From IMG/VR virus record IMGVR_UViG_3300014202_000879, positions 53,889 to 117,888 of that record: a stretch of 64,000 nt of DNA, one strand, 5' to 3'. Below the pieces are notes generated by a model. That model was not told where the DNA came from. It worked only from the letters and a program-made list of their open reading frames with translations, and searched no databases. The stretch is from a virus. Position 1 is the stretch's first letter, and every line of letters begins with the position of its first letter. This document shows, piece after piece, positions 37,072 to 44,853 of this stretch. The translations under genes and the position numbers were made by a program.

Positions 37072-37149
37072 AAAGACTCTCAAGCCACAACGTGCACACA
37101 GTCGCCATTATGGGTGTTCGTTGGCCCACAAAAAGAGGTGAAACTGTGA
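37060..37149 (+). CDS. 29-aa leader ORF / possible gene remnant
   Basis: GGAG RBS, ATG 37060, MKLLKDSQATTCTQSPLWVFVGPQKEVKL; TGA overlaps the GTG of the next gene (GTGA). Confidence 0.45.
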   Translation: MKLLKDSQATTCTQSPLWVFVGPQKEVKL

Positions 37150-37436
37150 CCATCAAGATATTTGCCGACTGCCGAGGGTATTCGCCTCATGACCTATGGG
37201 TGGCTATTAAACCTCTTGTGCTTAAGAAATCACAAGGGGTCCCTATGCAGGACATAACAATATCTTTTGTAGATGTTCCCAATAGCGCCTATATGGAGGA
37301 AGTAGTGACCCATGGCAAAGCGCTCGTCAAGGATGAGTGGCTGGGTAAGCATTTTGCCAACGTTGTGCTGGTGTATAAACGCACCGGGAAAGAAACCTAT
37401 CTGCAACACAATCCACAAAAGGAACAGACAAAATGA
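37146..37436 (+). CDS. Hypothetical protein, paralogue of 39329..39628
   Basis: GTG 37146 after GAGG; shares CRGxxPxxLW, DVPxxxYxxEVxxHG and FxxVxL with the paralogue. Confidence 0.65.
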   Translation: MTIKIFADCRGYSPHDLWVAIKPLVLKKSQGVPMQDITISFVDVPNSAYMEEVVTHGKALVKDEWLGKHFANVVLVYKRTGKETYLQHNPQKEQTK

Positions 37437-38020
37437 ACTATACGGACCGACTGATCGCTATCATTGCTTCCATCATCGGAAGCAACATGATCTTAAGCTG
37501 GAGTTCCTGGCAAGCTGCCAAGAACGTCAAGAGGCCGGCTCTGGATTGCCCGAACAGAGAGCAGGAAGAGGACTTCTGGTTTGAGTACATCGAGTTCACA
37601 GCTGCACAAGCAGCTGCACAAGCAAGAGCCAACTTTGTACTGGACAACATCACCACCATCGCTTATGGCTGCACGTCCGAAGATATTGTACGTGCAGCCC
37701 TCGAAGTTCGGCTGAACATCAAGTGTGCTTGGCCAAAAGACCCACACAACGACTTGGTCCCATGGGCACGATGCATGATCAGAAGGATGAATAGTCGCAC
37801 CAGGTGGGTGTCCGCATCCAGAAATCCAATGATCGAGCTTGAGCACGTGGGCGACATCGTTTACAACGACGCTCTGGGGCATTGGAATGCCCGCAACCCA
37901 AGGAAAAAGTTGGAGATGCATACGGTCACTGGAAAGCCCGCTATCTTCACCAGTCCTTTGGACGCATTGGATTTCTTGCTGAAGAAACGCAAGTCTTTGC
38001 CGATGCCACCATTGGGTTAA
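37433..38020 (+). CDS. Hypothetical protein, paralogue of 38148..38741
   Basis: ATGA overlap; shares LxWSxW, IRxMNS and PLxAxxxLLxKRKxLP with the paralogue. Confidence 0.7.
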   Translation: MNYTDRLIAIIASIIGSNMILSWSSWQAAKNVKRPALDCPNREQEEDFWFEYIEFTAAQAAAQARANFVLDNITTIAYGCTSEDIVRAALEVRLNIKCAWPKDPHNDLVPWARCMIRRMNSRTRWVSASRNPMIELEHVGDIVYNDALGHWNARNPRKKLEMHTVTGKPAIFTSPLDALDFLLKKRKSLPMPPLG

Positions 38021-38147
38021 CCCTTAGGAGAAGAAACCCATGCCTGTGCATACAAGGTTTCTTCTCCTACACCTTTGATGACAACTAAACCAGCAGTGGT
38101 TTAAAATGTCAAGTGACAGAAATCAAGTAGTTTAACAGGAGCAATAA

Positions 38148-38741
38148 ATGGATTTTATCTGGACACTCGAAAACCCCGCAAAAGCCACCTTGGGGGATGA
38201 CAGGCTGTTGTGCTGGAGCAACTGGGGCAAGGCAAACGGCCTGAGTAATCTCAGGTGGCGCGACACCAACCCAGCTTGGTCCCTGGAGTACGAGGAGGTG
38301 TGCTGTGTGGCCAAGGTGCGAACAGAAGCATTTCTGGAAGGGATCGGTGTGATTAAGACACCACAGGAGTTTGTCTTTGCTACCAAGTTGCGTCTGAACA
38401 CATTCTGGACCTTACCAGACAAATCCCACAAGCAACTGTTGTGGTATGCGCACCGGTTCATCCGTGAAATGAATTCCAACATGGAGTTCAGCATGAAAGG
38501 TATCGGTGCTCTGATGCCCGACAACCGCAACGACCAAATTTTGCATCCGTCGTGGCAGTTGCTCAACCAGTACGGTCATGTGGAAGTCGATATCGACCAC
38601 AAGACAGTGACCACAACGAATCCGCTGAAGGCCATCAACTACCTTCTGAACAAACGCAAGCACCTTCCTGCGCTACCAATCTCCATCGAACACCACCTGA
38701 AAGACCAGATTCCTATTCTGAAACTTCAGGATCTTCCTTAA
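38148..38741 (+). CDS. Hypothetical protein, paralogue of 37433..38020
   Basis: 197 aa after AGGAG; same shared motifs. Confidence 0.7.
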   Translation: MDFIWTLENPAKATLGDDRLLCWSNWGKANGLSNLRWRDTNPAWSLEYEEVCCVAKVRTEAFLEGIGVIKTPQEFVFATKLRLNTFWTLPDKSHKQLLWYAHRFIREMNSNMEFSMKGIGALMPDNRNDQILHPSWQLLNQYGHVEVDIDHKTVTTTNPLKAINYLLNKRKHLPALPISIEHHLKDQIPILKLQDLP

Positions 38742-38756
38742 CACCAGGACACAACC

Positions 38757-39326
38757 ATGAAGAAACAAATCGACTGCACGGAAAAAGACTGGTCCGAACT
38801 GTGCATTCCTATAGACAAGGCCATGACCAGTATCGTCGATGGCATAAAAAACAAGTCCAGCGACGACCATACGCTGCAGATCGTCCTGGAAAACATCTCT
38901 GCCCAGATGGTCTACTATGTCACCTTCAACCTGATCGCACGCTCCGATCTGCCGATAGTCGTGACTTTTCCAGATAAACAAACATGTGTTCTGGATATCG
39001 ATTTTGGGCAAACGACCGGCTCCAAGTACAGGATGAGTTTGGATTGCTCAGCCATAGGTGTCGAGCAGTGCAGAAAAGCCATCCGGCATCTTCTGCATAC
39101 GTTCGTTATACCCTCTCTCAGCGTGGTGCGGGAGGTAGAGATACATCTGATGAATACCCCGAGTGAGTTTTTCCGAGACATTCTGCTGGATAAGCTGAAT
39201 GTAGACAAGTCCCGTGGTATGCTCGACATGTACCGCATGAACGGTGTCTGGTTCACCATCGTGGAATCCTACCTAGGTGACCCAGCTCGTACCGAGAAAA
39301 GATTCCCTCACAACTTTCTCAATTAA
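38757..39326 (+). CDS. Hypothetical protein
   Basis: 189 aa after AGGA. Confidence 0.65.
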   Translation: MKKQIDCTEKDWSELCIPIDKAMTSIVDGIKNKSSDDHTLQIVLENISAQMVYYVTFNLIARSDLPIVVTFPDKQTCVLDIDFGQTTGSKYRMSLDCSAIGVEQCRKAIRHLLHTFVIPSLSVVREVEIHLMNTPSEFFRDILLDKLNVDKSRGMLDMYRMNGVWFTIVESYLGDPARTEKRFPHNFLN

Positions 39327-39328
39327 CC

Positions 39329-39628
39329 ATGGAACAACCAACCAAAGCCATCACCATTCCTGTAAACTGCCGGGGTTTCACACCTCAGAAATTGTGGGAA
39401 TACCTTAACCCTACCTTGCTCATGAAGGCGACCCAACATCCTCTCGTGCCGCAAGTTATTTTGCTTGCCGATGTGCCTGATGCCTGCTACCTCAAGGAAG
39501 TACAGGCTCACGGTGGATTGTTCTTTGCCGATCCAGACACCGCAAAGTTATTCAGCTCCGTGACCTTGAAGAAAAAGGTCGGAGAAGAATTCCATCATGT
39601 GGGGTTCTGGCCACAAAACAAAGTCTAG
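39329..39628 (+). CDS. Hypothetical protein, paralogue of 37146..37436
   Basis: 99 aa; shared motifs. Confidence 0.65.
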   Translation: MEQPTKAITIPVNCRGFTPQKLWEYLNPTLLMKATQHPLVPQVILLADVPDACYLKEVQAHGGLFFADPDTAKLFSSVTLKKKVGEEFHHVGFWPQNKV

Positions 39629-39695
39629 AAGCTACAGAGGTTAAGAGCGCTACCTCCTTAAAAGGCGCTGTATTTTAACAAGTCGAGGATCAAGA

Positions 39696-40340
39696 ATGTC
39701 GAATACTGACAAACGTGCATGGGTAGATAACTCCTTGTATGCGGTGAAGAACACCGCAACCATCGAGAAGATGGTGCAAGCGATGCTGAAGAAAGCCTCG
39801 TTTGTCTTCATGGATACACCTTGCTGTCGAAAAGACGCGCTCGTCAGCAAGGCGGGCATGTTCATGACGGGTAGCCTGTACCTGAATCACAACAATGAGC
39901 TGGTGTTCAGGAACTTTCCGAATCAAAAGAAGAGTGATCCGGACTATTGGCCTGTCCCGGCGTCCAAGACCATGAACCTGGCTGCACTGAGCCACAACAG
40001 CGTGGATCAGATTCTGGTGATCGACAGTCTGCAGTTCAAGGATCGGCCAGAAATCCACAGCGTAGAGTCGCTGTGGAAACGGCTACCCAGCATGAACAAG
40101 TCTGTATCCCACTCCGATATTTGGGAACGCGTAGAAGTCTATTTGTTGGACAAATCCGGCAACAGGATTACCTCCTGGACACTGCTAGATGACCAGACAC
40201 CACACGACCCGAGGCCGGTCGACTGGTCTGTACAACCACGAAGGGCTGCACCAGAACGTGGCGGTATGATGACGCCGCTGGACCATATGGCCAGGGAAAT
40301 GAACGGGTTGAACACAAGGAAACGGTACATAGTTCGCTAA
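39696..40340 (+). CDS. Hypothetical protein
   Basis: 214 aa after GAGGA. Confidence 0.65.
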   Translation: MSNTDKRAWVDNSLYAVKNTATIEKMVQAMLKKASFVFMDTPCCRKDALVSKAGMFMTGSLYLNHNNELVFRNFPNQKKSDPDYWPVPASKTMNLAALSHNSVDQILVIDSLQFKDRPEIHSVESLWKRLPSMNKSVSHSDIWERVEVYLLDKSGNRITSWTLLDDQTPHDPRPVDWSVQPRRAAPERGGMMTPLDHMAREMNGLNTRKRYIVR

Positions 40341-40365
40341 GTCAACTCGGTAACAGACACTCAGA

Positions 40366-40401
40366 CACCACTGTAGTGAGCTTACGCTCACTACAGTGGT
40401 G
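40366..40401. terminator. Perfect 15-bp stem-loop between convergent genes
   Basis: CACCACTGTAGTGAG / CTCACTACAGTGGTG. Confidence 0.7.
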
Positions 40402-41022
40402 CTACAGCCTACTCAGCAGGCTGGTGTTTTTTATTCGCGTGTAGTGTTCCGCAGCCAGCTCGCCACGTTTACCCATCACCACTTTCTTCACTTCAGAGTA
40501 CTCCACCACCCCGTGTTTCAAATACACCATGAGGTGAGGTACAGTGGGTGCGTACTTGGTCTTGATCTCATCGTAATTTTTTCTTTTGGGTACTTGCTTG
40601 AAGAACTCCCTGGTTTTACCCTGGAACATCTTAACGCAATGCTCTAGTTCCCTTACCGTTGTACCCACGTAGCCTTTCTCATCGTAAGCTGCTTTCAACC
40701 GAACATAGTACAGTTCATCGGAGAGAGTCTCGTCGTAGAACAGCTCTGTTTTCTCGGGCGACTCCACCAGCTCAAAATAGAAGTCCTTGAGATTGTTTGT
40801 TGGGATCTTGTACTGATAGACTTCCTTACCATCCTTGTAGAAGGCATGCTGGTGATGGTGCAGCGATGGCAGGATGTCGTAGGGTATGGGCTCCACAAAG
40901 AAACTGATGTGGTTATCGTAGTGCCGTAGATCGCTCGCAGGGACACTGATAGGTCCCTTTTGTGCAGCTCTACTTTTAAGGACATCAAACCTTTTGTCTG
41001 AGTAGTGGTATATGAACATCAC
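40402..41022 (-). CDS. Conserved jumbo-phage hypothetical protein
   Basis: 206 aa; YHYS...YDNHISFFVEPIP...YAPTVPHLMVY; C-terminal LAAE motif. Confidence 0.7.
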   Translation of the reverse strand: MMFIYHYSDKRFDVLKSRAAQKGPISVPASDLRHYDNHISFFVEPIPYDILPSLHHHQHAFYKDGKEVYQYKIPTNNLKDFYFELVESPEKTELFYDETLSDELYYVRLKAAYDEKGYVGTTVRELEHCVKMFQGKTREFFKQVPKRKNYDEIKTKYAPTVPHLMVYLKHGVVEYSEVKKVVMGKRGELAAEHYTRIKNTSLLSRL

Positions 41023-41150
41023 CGGATCGAAGAATCCAAAGCTTGGTCTTCGTCGTTTGTAGGTACTGGTGCATTGGGCTTGGGTGGATTCTCCATATTT
41101 CCTCCAGGGTAGTGAACCAAAGAATAGCTGTCCCTATGGGTTTTCAGTCC

Positions 41151-41167
41151 CATATACTTTAACTGAC
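41151..41167 (+). promoter_or_regulatory. Putative early promoter motif, copy 5
   Basis: CATATACTTTAACTGAC followed by three small hairpins before the RBS. Confidence 0.7.
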
Positions 41168-41269
41168 ACACCCACTAACAGTGGTGGAATTGACAACGGG
41201 TGCATCCTACAGCACCCAATCAGGTACGGTACACACCTGATTTTTAAGTGTACCACAACAGGAGATTTC

Positions 41270-42070
41270 ATGTCAGCATTCAGCCAAGCGTCAACGGGTC
41301 CTTTTCTCGAAGTGCATAACTTCGCAATGGGGCCACAGGGTCCCATCAAAACCTACCTGCCAGGAGCGCCGGTGGGCACATACCGGTTCGACTGCACCGT
41401 GCAATCACCAGGCAAAAAAGCCACGTCGGTGAAAGGCGTGGTGGCCATGCATACCCCACAAGGGGTGTTGCTGACCACGGTCCGTTACACGAAACCAGGC
41501 AATGTCTGGGTAGTGGAACGGACCCCTGGCGAGCCCATCAGTATCGATCACCCAGAGGTGTTTGATTGGCTGTTATCGCCCGTAAAGGCACCACTGCCTC
41601 CCACCGACGTGTGGGACGGTTTAACGCCGTTATATAACCACCGCATGCTGTTGCGGTGGAAAGCCATCAAGACCCAGTTCGACAAGGACCCTCAGGACTT
41701 TATCGAGCCAGGGTTCTACAACCGGGTTCGCGAGAAGACCCAGACAATGGCCTATGACAAAGGCCATCCTTCGTTGGGCTGGTCCACGTATTCGGACGTG
41801 GACTTCAAAGGTCGCTTGTTTGTTCTCATCGAGAACAAATGGGTGGTCGTGGGCGTTGAGAAAGATTCTGGCAAGGGGTCTGTCTTCTTCTCAGAGGACG
41901 ACAGTGTCCTGGATTTCATCGGCGAGAGCCGCTGGATGTTCGTGGGCATGGCGGACGAACATCATGGCTTTCGGGCCTTCCGTTTGCACAATGACGTACG
42001 GCCCCAAGATGACGATGCCGTTCGTGATGACGGCGACATGAACCAGATTCATGAAAGCAGTGTGGACTAA
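41270..42070 (+). CDS. Hypothetical early protein
   Basis: ATG 41270 after AGGAG, in frame with the 41069..42070 ORF. Confidence 0.7.
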   Translation: MSAFSQASTGPFLEVHNFAMGPQGPIKTYLPGAPVGTYRFDCTVQSPGKKATSVKGVVAMHTPQGVLLTTVRYTKPGNVWVVERTPGEPISIDHPEVFDWLLSPVKAPLPPTDVWDGLTPLYNHRMLLRWKAIKTQFDKDPQDFIEPGFYNRVREKTQTMAYDKGHPSLGWSTYSDVDFKGRLFVLIENKWVVVGVEKDSGKGSVFFSEDDSVLDFIGESRWMFVGMADEHHGFRAFRLHNDVRPQDDDAVRDDGDMNQIHESSVD

Positions 42071-42081
42071 ATATCTGTGAT

Positions 42082-42130
42082 AAAGAATCGCCAGCTACCC
42101 CTCACAGGGTGCTGGCGATTCTTTTTTTTT
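42082..42130 (+). terminator. Intrinsic terminator
   Basis: AAAGAATCGCCAGC / GCTGGCGATTCTTT followed by a T-run. Confidence 0.85.
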
Positions 42131-42300
42131 GATCGTGGATGGAAAAAAGTAGGGGGGTAGACACAAACCACGGCGACTGATCGCGGCGGTTTAGATCCAC
42201 CCCCCTATAATGGCGCAGCGTCCAATGCGCCTAGGAGACCGAGGTGCGATGACCCGTTTTCAACGCACCTCACACTATTTAGCGTCTGTACCCTAGAACA

Positions 42301-43854
42301 TCAGAAAATATCCACGTTGCTGGAACCAGAAATAGAGCTGGGCAGCTTATCGAAACCAGCCATCGTCTCTTCCGGAAGGTCGTAAGGTATGGGCATACCA
42401 CAGTCAGGCATCTCGTACAGGAAGTATTTCCATGTGTCGTTTTTGATCACAGTGGCTTTTCTGTCTTTGCCTCGGCCTATGTTCAGATAGGTCTTACCCA
42501 GATGCTTGACGATGTGCATCCAGATCTCGACATCAAACTCTTGACCCAGTCGCTTAGAGCCATCGTAGTAGCTGCGGTTGGACACTTCCTTAACCAAAGC
42601 GTAGTCGGGTGTGCCTGATTTCAGAAGTCCGATGGCCTCGGTTGACATCTGGTGCATGTTGTGACCACATGTGTTCTTCATCAAATAGAAGGTACGAACG
42701 CGCCGCATCAAATCACGGATGTCTTCGCCCGCTGTACCGCTTGCGCAACCTGCCTTGGACATCATGTTCAAGTAATCGGTGGTGCACAGCTCTACCACAT
42801 AGCCTTCGGCTTCGAGCTCCAGGACCTTGTTGAAGAGAGAGCGGTACGACCAGTTGCTTGGATCGACCTGCAGCATCATCACAGAGAATCCAGTCCTGGT
42901 AAGGCGACTCATCACGAACTCGGACATCTCTTCCTTGGTGACCGTCTTGGAGAGCTGCTGGACGTCGATCGGTACCCTGCCTTCTGAGTACTTCAAGAAC
43001 AGATACAGAAACAACAGGTTGTTGTTCATCTTGTTCTCAAACGAGATATGAATAGCCAAGGGTTTCTTGTTGGGTATCTGCGTATAGGGTTTGTTGGCCA
43101 TGCACTGCATAGCGAATACCGACAGACCTTCGCTTGACTTGTAACTGTGCTGTAGCGCACAGGAGTTGTTCAGACCCACCGACATACCACCTTGCAGCAT
43201 GCGATCAAAGCGCTTCCACAGGGTCTTGTAGGTGCGGCTGCCTTCGAGCTCCTGACTCACCTGTCCAAACACCTCAGCGGTCTCTGCTTTCAGAGAGAAA
43301 TTCACCATGGAGATAACAGCAGGGTCCTTGGCGGTGGTCACAACAGCCAAGGGTTCTAACTCACCCAGCATCTTCGTGATGAATTCGCTGGTATTGGGGA
43401 TGGTATCTCTTTGAAAGCTCCACTGGTTGTGAAACTTCCGGATGGTCTCGCCCACAAGCTGATCTTTGGACCACTGGTAGATGTACTTGCGAATAATCGT
43501 AATAGACCTGCGACACGGACCATCCGCGAGAGTCTCCTCCAAGCTTTTTCGGATGGCTGAAAACATCATCTCGTCATGTTCTGTGATGATCCGTATGCGC
43601 TGGAGCATATCCTGCAAATCCAGCTCATCGTCATCGGAACGGTTGCATAACTCAAGCACCATATTCTTGAGTGCGTAAATCATCTCTCGCTGGGCACTCT
43701 GTCCAATCGAGACTTCTGGAATCACCACCTTCTCCATGGTGGTCCTGACCAAGTCGTTGGACTTGTCGCCCAAGTCGGGCACTTGTGTTTCCCGGTACAT
43801 CAACGTAAGGCATTTGGCCAACAAGGCCTTGATCATGGATTGTGGTTGGGACAT
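42301..43854 (-). CDS. DnaB-like SF4 replicative helicase (phiKZ gp118-like)
   Basis: MLQGG followed by the divergent Walker A ALQHSYKS; ISFEN; Walker B TTDYL; HQMS; size and position next to the capsid gene. Confidence 0.8.
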   Translation of the reverse strand: MSQPQSMIKALLAKCLTLMYRETQVPDLGDKSNDLVRTTMEKVVIPEVSIGQSAQREMIYALKNMVLELCNRSDDDELDLQDMLQRIRIITEHDEMMFSAIRKSLEETLADGPCRRSITIIRKYIYQWSKDQLVGETIRKFHNQWSFQRDTIPNTSEFITKMLGELEPLAVVTTAKDPAVISMVNFSLKAETAEVFGQVSQELEGSRTYKTLWKRFDRMLQGGMSVGLNNSCALQHSYKSSEGLSVFAMQCMANKPYTQIPNKKPLAIHISFENKMNNNLLFLYLFLKYSEGRVPIDVQQLSKTVTKEEMSEFVMSRLTRTGFSVMMLQVDPSNWSYRSLFNKVLELEAEGYVVELCTTDYLNMMSKAGCASGTAGEDIRDLMRRVRTFYLMKNTCGHNMHQMSTEAIGLLKSGTPDYALVKEVSNRSYYDGSKRLGQEFDVEIWMHIVKHLGKTYLNIGRGKDRKATVIKNDTWKYFLYEMPDCGMPIPYDLPEETMAGFDKLPSSISGSSNVDIF

Positions 43855-44050
43855 CGAGGGGTTTCTCCTGTGATAAAATGACGACTGTGTTAAATTGTTT
43901 TAGGTGAGGATACCTGGAGCCGCAAAGCAACATCGATAAGATGGGGCTCTTATCCTAAATGGTGAGCAGTGTGGCACTCTATCTGGTTTGTCAAATCATT
44001 AGCCACCGTGATCACTTTTTCCGACCTTGTTCATTAAAGGAACTCATGTC

Positions 44051-44683
44051 ATGAGTATTCAACTTCAGAAAGGTGTTCCGTGGGCAGTAACACCTGACAA
44101 CTACGATCGTGTCAAAGCCGTGCACATGAGCAACCGCTTTGTGATCTGTGTGCCAGACTACATTTTCACGCACCTGCAAAAAGAAAACGTACGCCCAGAG
44201 TCCTTCAACCGGTACGAGGAAGTCAGACCCTATCTGTCCGGCGACGACTTCGTTAACTGGAACAACTTGAACAACGAGTTGACTGTGCGCGGCAGCAAGG
44301 TCGCCGTAGGGTCTTTGTTTGGTGAATTCTTTGGTGATGCCGTGTTCCGAACCAACAAAGAGTTGGCTCAGGAGTTCGCTACCAACATCCAGCCTATGCT
44401 GAATGCACCCAGAGATATGACGTCTGGGTTCGACTTCATGGCCTTACAACCAAATGGTTTGGATACAGAGTGCAAATTCTGCCTGACATCCAAAGGACTC
44501 ATCATACGGGTACCCAAAGGTTTTTCTGTTACTTTGAATAAATTACAAGACGTAGCCGATCGATTCATCAAGCAATACGTCGATACCATGCACCGTCTGT
44601 ACAGCATCAAGGACGTCGTGCTGCTTGATATGTATGGTACCTATCTTCGGGTCCTGGAGAAAGAGATCAGGTCCGGATCTTGA
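44051..44683 (+). CDS. Conserved hypothetical protein (gp119-like by position)
   Basis: ATG 44051 after AAGGA; lies between helicase and capsid genes. Confidence 0.6.
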   Translation: MSIQLQKGVPWAVTPDNYDRVKAVHMSNRFVICVPDYIFTHLQKENVRPESFNRYEEVRPYLSGDDFVNWNNLNNELTVRGSKVAVGSLFGEFFGDAVFRTNKELAQEFATNIQPMLNAPRDMTSGFDFMALQPNGLDTECKFCLTSKGLIIRVPKGFSVTLNKLQDVADRFIKQYVDTMHRLYSIKDVVLLDMYGTYLRVLEKEIRSGS

Positions 44684-44853
44684 TACTCAACACCACCTGT
44701 TACATAGTTTTCATATGAATGAGATGAGGAGGTGTGCTGGTCTGCACACGCTTCTTTTTGTCTCAGAAGTTCGAAGACTCTAAATCGTTTCGAAGCGCTG
44801 ATCAGTTCACATCCACCATTTTTTTTTTGCTTCCCATCACTGAAGGAACTCCC

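Noticed and set aside
43110-43165. Non-canonical Walker A (ALQHSYKS) as a sign of a dead helicase
   Set aside because: As I recall, this divergent P-loop is typical of phiKZ-family DnaB-like helicases; the Lys-Ser and other motifs are intact.
44712-44717. TATG late-promoter motif upstream of the capsid gene (also near 6793 and 13257)
   Set aside because: Consistent with the phiKZ nvRNAP consensus, but a 4-mer is too frequent to call without TSS data.
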